Below, piece by piece: positions 31,595 to 42,699 of a DNA stretch of 64,000 nt. Below the pieces are notes generated by a model. It worked only from the letters and a program-made list of their open reading frames with translations, was not told the DNA's origin and made no database searches. Where the stretch lies: contig JBMTCG010000004.1 in NCBI GenBank assembly GCA_049430665.1, positions 5,110 to 69,109 on the forward strand, written 5' to 3'. This DNA comes from Flavobacteriales bacterium. GTDB lineage: Bacteria; Bacteroidota; Bacteroidia; Flavobacteriales_C; GCA-002722245. The position numbers and the translations under genes were made by a program. Within the stretch, counting starts at the first letter, position 1. Each line of letters opens with the position of its first letter.

Positions 31595-34500
31595 TGTGAG
31601 CATTCTTTTCTTTTTCAGCCATATCCACATAAACTGGCGCTGCAATAAACAAAGAAGAATAAGTACCTATGATGATACCAATCAATAATGCGAATGCAAA
31701 ACCACGAATAGATTCACCTCCAAAGATGAAAATAGCCAACAATACCAAGAAGATAGTCATTGAAGTATTGATCGTTCTACCAAAAGTGCTATTTAATGCA
31801 GTATTTGCAATATCACCTACACTTTTCTTGTTGCCATACAATGTATTGTACTCACGAATTCTATCAAACACTACCACCGTATCATTAATAGAATAACCAA
31901 GTACAGTTAGCACTGCTGCAATAAATGCTTGGTTAATCTCCAAAGAGAAAGGCACCACACCGTGCAACAATGAGAAAACGCCTAACAAGAACAAAATATC
32001 ATGAAACAAAGCCATTAAAGCCCCAACACTATACGATATCTTGCGGAAACGAATAAACACATAGAAGAAGATCGCTATCAACGATAGCAATACCGACCAA
32101 AAAGCAGATGTTTTAATATCATCGGCCACCTCAGCACCTACTGCTATAGAGTTCATTCTTCCCACTTTTTTGCCTTCTTCATCTTTTGTAAAAGAAGAGA
32201 AGTCCATAGAGCTTGGAAGAAATGGTTTTAAACCATCGAACAATTTAGCTTCTACACGCTGATTGATATTGTCACCGGCCTCGTTTATTAAATACCTTGT
32301 AGTAATAGCATATTGATTGTCTTCACCGTATTGTTTCACCTCGGGAGTTAAAGCATTGCCTTTTTCATCTACAAACTGTTTAGACAGGGCTTCGGCCAAT
32401 TGCGGACCATCTACTGCTTTTTCAAAGCGGACAATATAAGTTCTACCGCCAGAGAAATCAACACCTAAATCGAATCCTTTTGTGGCAATCGACAAAATAG
32501 CCACAACAGAAAAGATAGCAGATAATACATATGCTTTTTTTCTATTGCCAATAATAGTATAGTTGGCACCCTGCATGAAATTTTCAGTAGATTTTGTAGC
32601 AAACGTCAATGCTTTGTCTTTTTTCAATAACCAGTCAAAAATGATTCTTGAAATAAATAACGAAGCAAATAATGATGTAAGAATACCAATCACCAAGGTT
32701 TGAGCAAATCCTTCAATTACACCTGAACCGAAATACCACAAAATAATACCTGTAATTAATGAAGTAAAGTTACTATCAATAATTGCTGTCATTGCATGCT
32801 TATACCCATCATTTAAAGCCAACTTAATGCCTTTTCCTGCGCGCAATTCCTCACGAATACGTTCATAAATCAAAACGTTGGCATCAACCGACATACCTAC
32901 CGTAAGCACAATACCTGCAACACCTGGAAGCGTTAATGAAATTAAAGGGAAAGCAGCAAGTGCACCCATTATGAAAAATAAGTTGGCCAACAAAGCAATA
33001 TTGGCAATCCAACCTGCTTTACCGTAGAAGAAAGCCATAAACACCAATACCGCCAACAATGCAATTAAGAATGAAATAAAACCAGCTTGAATTGACTCCT
33101 CACCTAATGACGGACCAACATAAGCCTCTTCTACAATTTTTACTGGAGCAGGGAAACGACCTGCGTTTAATACTGTAGCTAAATCGTGGTTCCAACCATC
33201 TTTACCACCGCCGCCAGAAATTTGCGTACGACCTTCTTTAATAGGACCATCGTGAGCTGTTGGTGCAGAGAATACTAAACCGTCCATTACAATGGCAATC
33301 GGACGTTGATAATCAAAAGATGTTTGGGTCATATCGGCCCATTTCTTCATACCTGTAGCATTAAAGGTAAGCGCCACAACAGGCTTACCATCATTTGGAT
33401 CATTCTCTGCAACAGCGTATTTAATAACGTCTCCAGACAAACCACCAATCGCAGATCCTCTTTCTCCTCTTAAAAAGTAAGTAGTGGCAAATTGAACTTT
33501 TTTATCGTCAGAAATGATTTCACTACCCCACCCCAACATAATGTTTGGAGGAAGAATTCCTTTGGCTTTAGCCAAGTTGAAATACAAATTCACTTTAGGA
33601 GTATCTGCTAATAATACCGCAAAGTTTGAATTACTAAAACCTCTCAATTTAGCCAACAAAGGCTTTTTAGACATATCGTCTTCTTTTGCTTCAGCTGTTG
33701 AATCTTTCTCTACCATTTTGGTTGTATCTGGTTTTACAGATTTATTTTGCGAAACCAAAGCGCCCAATACATTGTCCTTTTTAGCGGTATCAGCTACCAC
33801 CTCTTTTTTCTTAACCTCGCCATACAACTGCTCGTAAGCATAAGCCTCTTTGTCGGCTTCCTCAATATTAACCTCTAAATCTTTAATAGAATAAGTATCC
33901 CAAAACTCTAAGTTCGCAGAACCTTGCAATACTCTTCTTACTCTTTCGATATCTTCAACACCTGGCAAATCAACCATGATTCTACCCGATTTACCTACTC
34001 TTTTAATAGAAGGCTGAGCGATACCAAATTGCACCACCCTTGTTCTTAAAACTCTAAACGACTCATCGATAGCCTTATCTGCATAACCTTCTAAGTAAGT
34101 TACTGCATCTTTATCTGTAGCATCATCGCGCAATTCTTTTGTATTGTCTTGATTTTTGAAAAGAGAAACGAACGACTGCTTAATTTTTCCAGCTCTAGTT
34201 AAATCTTGGTAAGCAGAGTAAAAAATATCTACATAATTGTCGGCACTTGACTTCTTAATTTCGTTTGCTTGAGCAATAGCCATTTGGAAATCAGGCGTTT
34301 GAGCATTGGCTCCTGCCATTTGACGAACCAAATTTTCTAAGGCGATTTCTACTGTAACACTCACCCCACCACGTAAATCTAATCCTAAGTTAATCTCTCT
34401 TTCTTTACATTCTTTGTAAGTATATTCTGCACCCAAAAGATTTAAAACCACTTCACTTTCTTTGGCTTTTATAGCGCTTCTGTACTTTTCAGCACTGTTG

Positions 34501-34619
34501 CCCGCCTTAGCTTTAGCGTCGCTCTCAACGCTTTTTGTTTTGAAGGTGAAAGTAAGTTCGTAGACACAAACAAGTACTAGAATGATGGTTAAAACCTTAA
34601 GGATTCCGCTATTTTGCAT
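31587..34619 (-). CDS. secDF: Protein translocase subunit SecDF (fused)
   Basis: NLGLDLRGG, VGPSLGEESI, GMSVDANVLIYERIREE, GVDFSGG, GYSINDTVVVFDRIRE. Confidence 0.98.
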   Translation of the reverse strand: MQNSGILKVLTIILVLVCVYELTFTFKTKSVESDAKAKAGNSAEKYRSAIKAKESEVVLNLLGAEYTYKECKEREINLGLDLRGGVSVTVEIALENLVRQMAGANAQTPDFQMAIAQANEIKKSSADNYVDIFYSAYQDLTRAGKIKQSFVSLFKNQDNTKELRDDATDKDAVTYLEGYADKAIDESFRVLRTRVVQFGIAQPSIKRVGKSGRIMVDLPGVEDIERVRRVLQGSANLEFWDTYSIKDLEVNIEEADKEAYAYEQLYGEVKKKEVVADTAKKDNVLGALVSQNKSVKPDTTKMVEKDSTAEAKEDDMSKKPLLAKLRGFSNSNFAVLLADTPKVNLYFNLAKAKGILPPNIMLGWGSEIISDDKKVQFATTYFLRGERGSAIGGLSGDVIKYAVAENDPNDGKPVVALTFNATGMKKWADMTQTSFDYQRPIAIVMDGLVFSAPTAHDGPIKEGRTQISGGGGKDGWNHDLATVLNAGRFPAPVKIVEEAYVGPSLGEESIQAGFISFLIALLAVLVFMAFFYGKAGWIANIALLANLFFIMGALAAFPLISLTLPGVAGIVLTVGMSVDANVLIYERIREELRAGKGIKLALNDGYKHAMTAIIDSNFTSLITGIILWYFGSGVIEGFAQTLVIGILTSLFASLFISRIIFDWLLKKDKALTFATKSTENFMQGANYTIIGNRKKAYVLSAIFSVVAILSIATKGFDLGVDFSGGRTYIVRFEKAVDGPQLAEALSKQFVDEKGNALTPEVKQYGEDNQYAITTRYLINEAGDNINQRVEAKLFDGLKPFLPSSMDFSSFTKDEEGKKVGRMNSIAVGAEVADDIKTSAFWSVLLSLIAIFFYVFIRFRKISYSVGALMALFHDILFLLGVFSLLHGVVPFSLEINQAFIAAVLTVLGYSINDTVVVFDRIREYNTLYGNKKSVGDIANTALNSTFGRTINTSMTIFLVLLAIFIFGGESIRGFAFALLIGIIIGTYSSLFIAAPVYVDMAEKEKNAHND

Positions 34620-34653
34620 AAAAAATTGAGTTCTATTTTATTTTAAAGGACGA

Positions 34654-34661
34654 CAAATATA
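34654..34661 (-). promoter_or_regulatory. -7 promoter box for secDF
   Basis: Minus-strand tatatttg. Confidence 0.6.
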
Positions 34662-34779
34662 AATTATAGCAAATGATTTAACAAACACTTATTTCCAACA
34701 ATATTTTGGGCTTGTTCAAAAGGTAAATAGCCATCATTTTTATTTTTCCTCCGATGTGTTTTTTTACTATCTTTCTGCT

Positions 34780-36945
34780 ATGAGGAATAAGCCTTTACTG
34801 CTGTTATGTTACGCTTTTTTTGCTTTTCAATTGTATTGCAAAGCTCAACTGCAATTCTTTCCGGCTACGTCAATTCCCGTAACAAATGGTAATAATAACT
34901 TAACAAATGCTTGGGCAGGCGGACTCAACAACGCTCAAATTTCTAATGTTGATTTAAATCGCGACGGCAAAAAAGATTTGTTCATTTTCGACAGAGCCCG
35001 CAATTCCCCATCGGTTTACCTTAATCAAAACAACAATTATGTATTTGCTCCAACATACGCCGACAGCTTCCCAGCAATGACGAGCTGGGCATTTTTAATC
35101 GATTTCAACAATGACGGAAAAGCAGATATTTTCACCTCCAACGCCACACTAACCCAAAATAAAAATTCATTTAGGGTTTACCAAAATACTGGCACTAATC
35201 AGCTAGAATTCACATTAATTAAAGAAGAAATAAAATCTCAATACTATGGAAACACCAATAGCTTGTATGTGACTGGAAGCGATGTGCCCACCTTTGCCGA
35301 TGTTGATAGCGATGGCGACATAGACCTACTTATTTTTGATGTAACCGGCGGCTCGATTCAATTGCACTCTAATTACTCGCAAGAATTGTATTCAAATTCT
35401 GATAGTTTAAACTACATATTAACCAATGCCTGCTGGGGAAATGTGCATGAAGATCCTTTTTCAAGCGCGCTCACATTAAACCAAACTTGTTCGCCTATCA
35501 CTCTTAAAACAGAATTACACGCAGGTTCTACCTTGTGCGCTTTTGATTATGACAACGACAATGACCAAGATATTTTGGTGGGTGATGTATTGTTCAACGG
35601 ACTCACCTTTGCTGTAAATGGAGGAACTGCAACAAATGCCAATATCACTTCGCAAGACGCCAGTTTTCCAAACTACAACACTCCTATCAACATCAATTCT
35701 TTTCCCGCCGCATTCATCGCCGATATCGATCAAAATTCAAAAAACGATATTTTAATTTCTCCCAACAATAAAAACGACGAAAACTACAACTGCTTGCATT
35801 ACTACAAAAACACTTCTAACAATTCAACGGGTCATTTCGAATTACAACAGAAAGATTTTTTGGTAAATACCATGCTCGATTTTGGAAGTGGCGCCTACCC
35901 CGTTTTCTTTGATTACAATAGCGATGGATTATTGGACTTATTGGTGGCCAACGACTACATTTACGATGCGAGTAATCAAATAGGAAAAATAGCATTGCTC
36001 ATCAATACCGGAACAAATACCAATCCGTCTTTCAACTTGCAAGAAAATGATATGGGCACACTTTCGCAATACAACATCACTTCTATGAAACCAACTTTTG
36101 GCGACCTTGATGACGATGGAGACGATGATATGTTGATTGGTGCTTTTAACGGACAAATACACTATTTTAAAAACATAGCAGGCGCAGGAAACACTGCCAA
36201 CTTTAAAATTGAAACGCCAATTTACCAAAGCATTGATGTGGGTGCCTACTCCACTCCTTCCTTATTTGACGTTGATAATGACGGATTGCTCGATTTAATA
36301 ATTGGTGAACAAGATGGAAATTTAAATTATTACAGAAACACAGGTTCAGCGTCGACTCCTATTTTCACTTTACAAAACAGCGCCTTTGGAAATGTAAATG
36401 TGAGCGACGGATTTTTAAGCGGCTATTCTGTTCCCTTTCTGTACAAAAATGGAAGTAACACAGAGCTATTGGTGGGTTGTGCCAACGGAAGTGTGAAGAA
36501 CTACACCAACATCGATGGAAATTTAAATGGCACTTTCACTTTAAATAATTCTTCCTTCAACAACATTCAAACAGGAATACAATGCGCCGCAAGTATGGCT
36601 AAAATTACGGGCGACGACAAGTACTTTTTGGTGGCAGGAAATAAAGCTGGCGGACTCCAACTTTTTTCAGAAGTAGAAAGTAACAGCATCAACGAATTAT
36701 CGAACAAAAATTTAATCAACTCCTACTATTACAACCAAAAGATATTTTTGTCTTTCGATGACAATATTCGTGTACAAAACATATCTGTTTTCAACGTTTT
36801 AGGAGAAGAAGTTTTTCGAAAAACACTCAACGAAAACGAAAAAAACATCGATGTAAAACCACTCGCTTCGGGCTGCTACATCTCAAAAATATCTTTCTCT
36901 CAAAACAGAAACAACTACTTCGCATTTTTGAAATTCGTACAGTAG
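34780..36945 (+). CDS. FG-GAP/VCBS-repeat protein with T9SS type A C-terminal sorting domain
   Basis: Signal peptide; repeats DLNRDGKKDL, DVDSDGDIDLL, DYNSDGLLDLL, DLDDDGDDDML; C-terminal NISVFNVLGEEV...LASGCYISKI. Confidence 0.88.
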   Translation: MRNKPLLLLCYAFFAFQLYCKAQLQFFPATSIPVTNGNNNLTNAWAGGLNNAQISNVDLNRDGKKDLFIFDRARNSPSVYLNQNNNYVFAPTYADSFPAMTSWAFLIDFNNDGKADIFTSNATLTQNKNSFRVYQNTGTNQLEFTLIKEEIKSQYYGNTNSLYVTGSDVPTFADVDSDGDIDLLIFDVTGGSIQLHSNYSQELYSNSDSLNYILTNACWGNVHEDPFSSALTLNQTCSPITLKTELHAGSTLCAFDYDNDNDQDILVGDVLFNGLTFAVNGGTATNANITSQDASFPNYNTPININSFPAAFIADIDQNSKNDILISPNNKNDENYNCLHYYKNTSNNSTGHFELQQKDFLVNTMLDFGSGAYPVFFDYNSDGLLDLLVANDYIYDASNQIGKIALLINTGTNTNPSFNLQENDMGTLSQYNITSMKPTFGDLDDDGDDDMLIGAFNGQIHYFKNIAGAGNTANFKIETPIYQSIDVGAYSTPSLFDVDNDGLLDLIIGEQDGNLNYYRNTGSASTPIFTLQNSAFGNVNVSDGFLSGYSVPFLYKNGSNTELLVGCANGSVKNYTNIDGNLNGTFTLNNSSFNNIQTGIQCAASMAKITGDDKYFLVAGNKAGGLQLFSEVESNSINELSNKNLINSYYYNQKIFLSFDDNIRVQNISVFNVLGEEVFRKTLNENEKNIDVKPLASGCYISKISFSQNRNNYFAFLKFVQ

Positions 36946-37062
36946 TTTTACACATATCAACTTACAACCTTTAATAACTTATTTCTACCTACCAAACCTT
37001 GCTTTACTTCGACGTATATATTTGTGCAAACGGAGGAATTCCTCATCAAAAGCTTGATACTT

Positions 37063-37611
37063 ATGTTTTCTACCTTATTTGGAAAAAAGAAATTAAAGGA
37101 AGAAAAAATCGCGCAGGTTTTTGTTGATACGATCAACAGCACAGCCATCGACGGTTTTCCAACCTTAGCAGATTACATCAACCACGAAACAGAATTTAAA
37201 AAACGACCCAACATTTCTCCCCGACAAGTGGAATGGTTTTTATACATCGTATTCGCCGCCAACTTATACAACCTCAAAAGATTTTTTCCCTCTGAACAAT
37301 TGAACAGAATGCGACTTTTAATCATCGATGAATTTATTGCATCTTTGGAAGGCCGACACGAAGACGAAACTTTAGAAAACATCAACAACTACGAAGCATT
37401 CATTTGTCAGCTAAAATCACCTACCGACGAAATGGAAAAAGTGATTTCTAAAGCAGTGTTTTACAAATACGGATTGAATGAATACCAAATAGAACATTTC
37501 CAAAAATTAAACGCCCCTAATCCTTTAGTGGTAAAATCACTAAGCGAGATTACCGGAAATTTTATTTGGAACTGGGAAGACGTTCTTCAGAAATACAAGC
37601 TGGTGGCTTGA
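37063..37611 (+). CDS. Hypothetical protein
   Basis: 182-aa ORF with genome-typical composition; tatatttg -7 box at 37017-37024. Confidence 0.75.
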   Translation: MFSTLFGKKKLKEEKIAQVFVDTINSTAIDGFPTLADYINHETEFKKRPNISPRQVEWFLYIVFAANLYNLKRFFPSEQLNRMRLLIIDEFIASLEGRHEDETLENINNYEAFICQLKSPTDEMEKVISKAVFYKYGLNEYQIEHFQKLNAPNPLVVKSLSEITGNFIWNWEDVLQKYKLVA

Positions 37612-37658
37612 TTGCTGATATCCAGTAAATTAATTTTTTTCAATCGGGATTTTTGTTT

Positions 37659-37666
37659 TACATTTG
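37659..37666 (+). promoter_or_regulatory. -7 promoter box upstream of a terminated ~110-nt leader or sRNA
   Basis: tacatttg. Confidence 0.6.
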
Positions 37667-37669
37667 CGC

Positions 37670-37782
37670 CCCTTGAAATTAAATTTCAAGATTCCTTAGA
37701 AGCTCATTTTTAATGGTAACATTAAATTGACTATCCAAATCTAAAGAATAAAAAACCTTCCGGAAACGGAAGGTTTTTTTTT
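37670..37782 (+). ncRNA. Candidate sRNA or attenuating 5' leader of the MFS gene
   Basis: Promoter box, 5' palindrome cttgaaatt-a-aatttcaag, mini-ORF MVTLN* (37713-37730) and a strong terminator. Confidence 0.5.
37751..37782 (+). terminator. Intrinsic terminator upstream of the MFS gene
   Basis: aaaaaccttccg-gaaa-cggaaggttttt followed by further Ts. Confidence 0.88.
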
Positions 37783-37834
37783 GTTTTATCACCATTCGTT
37801 TTGCCTTTCGCCTTTTAACTTTTAACTTGCACGC

Positions 37835-39106
37835 ATGAAGCTAAGCAAAGCACAAAAAGGATGGGTAATATTTGATTGCGCAAACTCGGCTTATTACCTC
37901 ATCATCAACACCGCTATTTTTCCTATTCTTTTTGGCAGCATAGTGCACAATGGCACCACCGTTTTTGGTTCGCCTATCAAAAGCAGTGAGGCCCTTTTTC
38001 AAATGACCATTTCTATTGCCTACGCTTTAATTGTTTTACTCTCTCCTATTTTAAGTGGTATTGCCGATTACAGCAACAGCAAAAAAATGTTCATGCGCAT
38101 CTTCACCACCCTTGGCGCATTGGCTTGTTTCTCGCTTTATTTCTTTGATGAAAACCACATTGAATTGGGTTTAATTGCAGCTGCTTTAGCCATGATAGGA
38201 TTTTCGGGATCGTTGGTTTTTTACAACGCTTATCTGCCCGAAATTGCCACACATGAAGAACAAGACAAATTATCGGCTTTAGGTTTTTCGGTGGGCTACG
38301 CTGGTAGCACCATATTATTAATCATCATCATTGCTCTCGCCTCGCTATTTAAAGATGATTCACTTGAAGTTTATGCTTTGGGATTTGTTGCTGTAGGCCT
38401 ATGGTGGTTAGGCTTTTCTCAATATACTTTTAAACACTTACCTGCCGACGAGAAAATAAAAATTAGCTTTAAACAAGCTTTCTCTCATGGCTTTGCCGAA
38501 CTAAAAAAAGTGGGACAACAAATTAAAAGCAACAATGTTTTAAAGAAATTCATCAGTACTTATTTCTTCATTAGCATGGGGGTGCAAACCCTAATTTTAA
38601 TTGCTCCTCTATTCGCTCTTCAAAATTTAAAATTGGCTACAAGCGATCTTCTTATCATCATTTTAATTATGCAAGGTATGGGAATCTTAGGCGCATGGCT
38701 CACCGCAAAAATATCAGATGCAAAAGGAAATTTCAATGCCTTGTATTTTCCTTTGAGCATCTTCGCTTTGGTGTGTGGCTCTGTAATTTTTGTACACAAC
38801 GCTAATGCATTTTATTTGTTAGGAGCGTTGATAGGCTTATCTATGGGCGGCGTGCAAGCAGTGGCTCGTTCAACCTATTCTAAATTACTTCCCCCAACAC
38901 ACGACCACGCTTCCTTTTTTAGCTTCTATGATATCGCCGAAAAAGTAGCCATTACTTTTGGTACTTTTCTCACAGGATTCATCGCTTACATCACCAGCGG
39001 AAAATCTCAATATGGCATATTATCGCTCTCTTTATTATTTTTGATAGCGCTTTTCTTACTCAAATTAACTCAGAAAGAAGCTCAACACAATGGAACAAAA
39101 ATTTGA
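37835..39106 (+). CDS. MFS transporter, UMF1/Atg22-like family
   Basis: WVIFDCANSAY, LSGIADY, VFYNAYLPEIA, GYAGS, QAVARSTYSKLLP, FFSFYDIAEK. Confidence 0.9.
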   Translation: MKLSKAQKGWVIFDCANSAYYLIINTAIFPILFGSIVHNGTTVFGSPIKSSEALFQMTISIAYALIVLLSPILSGIADYSNSKKMFMRIFTTLGALACFSLYFFDENHIELGLIAAALAMIGFSGSLVFYNAYLPEIATHEEQDKLSALGFSVGYAGSTILLIIIIALASLFKDDSLEVYALGFVAVGLWWLGFSQYTFKHLPADEKIKISFKQAFSHGFAELKKVGQQIKSNNVLKKFISTYFFISMGVQTLILIAPLFALQNLKLATSDLLIIILIMQGMGILGAWLTAKISDAKGNFNALYFPLSIFALVCGSVIFVHNANAFYLLGALIGLSMGGVQAVARSTYSKLLPPTHDHASFFSFYDIAEKVAITFGTFLTGFIAYITSGKSQYGILSLSLLFLIALFLLKLTQKEAQHNGTKI

Positions 39107-40307
39107 TATCGTTATTATAGGCGGAGGTATTGTTGGCTTGGCCACGGCTTACCGACTCACTCAAGAGTTTGCTCATCTTTCTATCGCTGTTGTAGAAAAA
39201 GAAAAAGAGTTGGGTGAGCATCAAACCGGACACAATTCTGGCGTTCTACACTCTGGTTTATACTACACTCCTGGTTCTAAAAAAGCTATTCTTTGTTTAG
39301 AAGGGAAAGAAGAAATGGTAGCTTTCGCCAAAGAACATGGCATACCTCATGATATCTGCGGAAAAGTAATTGTTGCTACCGAAGAAAAAGAGTTGAAAAA
39401 CCTGGAAAAAATCTACCAAAATGGAGTGGCTAATAAAGTCCCAGGCATTGAAAAAATAGATGCGGCAGGAATAAAAAAACATGAGCCCTATTGCACTGGA
39501 ATTGCTGGTATTTTCGTGGCATCATCAGGCATCATCAATTATAAAGAAGTCTCTAAAAAATTAGGTGAGTTGATTATTAAAGCCAACCCTAAAAACAAAA
39601 TATTTTTAGGAGAAACTTGTAAAGATATCGAAGAGAAAAAAGAAACTTCTTTCATCACTACCGACAAAAAAACCATTGAAGCCAAAGTGGTGATCGCCTG
39701 CGCTGGCTTGCATTGCGACCGCATCGCGAGAAAAGATGAATTGAATCCAGGAATGAAAATAGTTCCTTTCCGCGGCGACTACTACGAATTAAGCGAAGAA
39801 GGAAAAAAGAAAGTACGCAACTTGATTTACCCTGTGCCCGACCCAGATTTTCCTTTTCTTGGCGTACACTTCACACGCATGATTGATGGTAGTGTAGAAT
39901 GCGGACCGAATGCCGTTTTTTCATTCAAAAGAGAAGGTTATACGCGCACAGCCTTTAACTTGCGCGACACCATAGAATCATTAACTTTTAAAGGAACGTG
40001 GATTCTCTTGAAAAAACATTGGCGACAAGCTTTACAAGAATACCGCAGAGCATTCTCTAAAAAAATGTTTTTAAAATCATTGCAAAAATTGATTCCCGAT
40101 TTAACGATGGAAGATATTCAGCCAGCTCGCGCTGGAGTGAGAGCGCAGGCTTTAGATTCTAACGGACAAATGATTGCCGATTTCAAAATCGAATTCAAAA
40201 ACAAACACGTGCATGTGCTTAACGCGCCATCACCTGCCGCTACAGCTTCGTTAGCTATTGGCCGACATATCGTAGAGGAGATTAAAAAGCAAAACATTTT
40301 ATCGTAA
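39090..40307 (+). CDS. lhgO: L-2-hydroxyglutarate oxidase
   Basis: IGGGIVGLA, HQTGHNSGVLHSGLYY.PGS.KA, PFRGDYY, IYPVPDP.FPFLGVH, NAPSPAATASLAIG. Confidence 0.93.
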   Translation: MEQKFDIVIIGGGIVGLATAYRLTQEFAHLSIAVVEKEKELGEHQTGHNSGVLHSGLYYTPGSKKAILCLEGKEEMVAFAKEHGIPHDICGKVIVATEEKELKNLEKIYQNGVANKVPGIEKIDAAGIKKHEPYCTGIAGIFVASSGIINYKEVSKKLGELIIKANPKNKIFLGETCKDIEEKKETSFITTDKKTIEAKVVIACAGLHCDRIARKDELNPGMKIVPFRGDYYELSEEGKKKVRNLIYPVPDPDFPFLGVHFTRMIDGSVECGPNAVFSFKREGYTRTAFNLRDTIESLTFKGTWILLKKHWRQALQEYRRAFSKKMFLKSLQKLIPDLTMEDIQPARAGVRAQALDSNGQMIADFKIEFKNKHVHVLNAPSPAATASLAIGRHIVEEIKKQNILS

Positions 40308-40316
40308 CTTCATTGC

Positions 40317-41552
40317 ATGTTTAAAGAGTTCAGCATTTTCACTTTATCGAATGGCATTAGAGTAATTCATCAAAATTACACGCACAGCAATGTGTGCCAC
40401 TTGGGTATTATTGTGAATGCAGGTTCGGGAGATGAAACCAAAGAAGAGCATGGCTTAGCACACTTCATTGAACACGTTATTTTTAAAGGAACAAAAACCA
40501 ACAACGCATTTGATATTTTAAGCAGAATCGATTCTGTAGGCGGAGAAATAAATGCCTATACCACCAAAGAAGACACCTGTGTTTTCGCTGCTTTTTTAAA
40601 AGAACATTACGACATCAGTGTTGATTTATTGGCCGATATTTTTTTCAATTCTACCTTTCCAAAAAAGGAAATTGAAAAAGAAAAAGTAGTGATTGTAGAT
40701 GAGATTCAATCATACATGGATAGTCCGAGCGACATGATTTCAGAAGACTTTGAGCGCTTACTCTTTCCCAATCATTCAATAGGAAGAGATATTTTAGGCA
40801 CCAAAGAATCTATTCAAAATTTCACGCAAAAAGACATTCGCAATTTCATGCAAAAACATTACACACTCAATAATTTTGTAGTGAGTAGTGTGGGCAATAT
40901 TTCGCAAAAAGAACTCACTATTAAGTTGGAAAATGCATTTGGAAAATATGCAGTGCCGACAGGTAATATTGAAAAGAAAAAAGTGATTCCAGCCTTCGGA
41001 TTTCATAAAACTTACAAGAAAAAAACATCGCAAAGTCATTACGTTTTAGGCAACTCGGCTTATGCTTTAAAAGACAACAAGAAAACGGCAATGACTTTAC
41101 TAACGAATGTTTTAGGCGGACCGGCAATGAATTCCATCTTGAATTTAGAGATTAGAGAAAAGCACGGATTAACCTACAACATCGAAGCGAATTATAGTCC
41201 GTTTATCGAAGCAGGAATGTTCTCCATTTATTTAGGAACCGATAAAACCCAACTCGACAAAACAGTTTCATTGGTAAAAAAAGAATTGAAAAAACTGCGC
41301 GATAAAAAATTGACTTCACAACAACTTGCAGCAGCAAAACAACAAATCATCGGACAAATAACGATGGCGAATGAAAACCGTTCCAGCGTTATGCTATCGC
41401 ACGGAAAAAGCTTGGTTACCTACAACAAAGTTGATTTACTCAGCGAGATTTACACCAAAATAAATGCTATTACTTCAAAGCAAATTCAAGATATTGCGAA
41501 TGAGGTTTTTGATGAGAGGAAGATGAGTGAGTTGGTGTATTTGAATAGGTAA
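40317..41552 (+). CDS. M16 (pitrilysin/insulinase) family zinc peptidase
   Basis: GLAHFIEHVIFKGT (HxxEH), GGEINAYTTKE, LEIREKHGLTY. Confidence 0.93.
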   Translation: MFKEFSIFTLSNGIRVIHQNYTHSNVCHLGIIVNAGSGDETKEEHGLAHFIEHVIFKGTKTNNAFDILSRIDSVGGEINAYTTKEDTCVFAAFLKEHYDISVDLLADIFFNSTFPKKEIEKEKVVIVDEIQSYMDSPSDMISEDFERLLFPNHSIGRDILGTKESIQNFTQKDIRNFMQKHYTLNNFVVSSVGNISQKELTIKLENAFGKYAVPTGNIEKKKVIPAFGFHKTYKKKTSQSHYVLGNSAYALKDNKKTAMTLLTNVLGGPAMNSILNLEIREKHGLTYNIEANYSPFIEAGMFSIYLGTDKTQLDKTVSLVKKELKKLRDKKLTSQQLAAAKQQIIGQITMANENRSSVMLSHGKSLVTYNKVDLLSEIYTKINAITSKQIQDIANEVFDERKMSELVYLNR

Positions 41553-41562
41553 ATTTTCTGAA

Positions 41563-41594
41563 TTAGGATATTTAGGATGATAAGATTTTAGGAT
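41563..41594. repeat. Short ttaggat repeats at a convergent gene junction
   Basis: ttaggat at 41563, 41572 and 41588. Confidence 0.55.
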
Positions 41595-42664
41595 TTCGAT
41601 TTAACGCCCATATCAACAGTCGCCATTACCAACCAATATATTGGCATCACAATAGGATAAAGAAGAAAAATTAAAAAGTAATATCCGTGATAGTTTGAAG
41701 CTTGTGTCCCAATCACCCAATCAATAAAAGGAAAAAAAAAAACAAAGAACTCATTGGTATTAATGGAACTATTAAAGAGCCAACTATAACAACTACTGAA
41801 AACCTTTTTTTTAGATTATTTTTTCTATACTTCCTGATCAAGATAATATGATAAACAATGACTCCAATAAGCAATAAAATCATTAGTCCAAAAGGTCCAA
41901 CAAAAACCAAAGCATCAGCAAAAAAATTAACGTCAGGAGTCCAAGTCAATGAAATAAAATCTGCAGGAATCTTATTGAAATGATAATGAGAAACCAACGG
42001 CTTAACATTATCGTCTTTAACCAATCCAGACTCTAAATTAGAAATGAATTCCTCACCAAATTCAGTGCAATCAACATAAACATCAAGTGTTCCAAATGAC
42101 TTCCATTTTTTTGCTGGAGAAAGCGAATATCTAAAGGAATATTCTTTTACCCAATCACTCAAATCTAACCAAACAGTAGAATTATATTCAACAACAATTA
42201 CATGTTTCCCTTTCGGTAAATTTGTAGTGAAAAATTTTAAATCTTTGTCGGAGGCATACAATCCTTCATTATCTCTGAATGCGAAAGAGAAATTTATGTA
42301 ATTCGAAGGTGCATCACCTGCATCTATTGCATATTCAAAATCTTGCTTATTTCCCACATCAACAACACTATCTACCTGAATTTTTACCCCATCTTTCAAA
42401 ATATTAATCTCTCCACTATAGTCCATCGCATAAAAAATGAATGGAATATCAATACCATCTTCTAAAGATTCAATTTGATATTCAATTTTATAAAAGGCTA
42501 TTAAATTAGGCTTTGGAGTGATGAAAATATTTTCGTGAATAATATTGATATGCTGATTAATGAATGGAGCTGAAACACATGAACCTTCATATATTGGAGA
42601 AGCCATATTCCCCTTCACCATCGCACTCACCCCCCATCAAAATCAAAAACAATAATTTTCTCAT
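41588..42664 (-). pseudogene. Exported/membrane hypothetical protein with two homopolymer frameshifts
   Basis: Removing one G from the G6 run near 42630 joins MRKLLFLILMG to VSAMVKGNMASP (signal peptide). A shift in the T11 run near 41745 restores FIDWVIGTQASNYHGYYFLIFLLYPIVMPIYWLVMATVD...*. Confidence 0.75.
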
Positions 42665-42699
42665 AGATTAAAAGTAAAATAAAAAATAATGTGAATTAT

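Noticed and set aside
34780-36945. FG-GAP repeat T9SS cargo as a novelty
   Set aside because: Common architecture in Bacteroidota; nothing unusual seen
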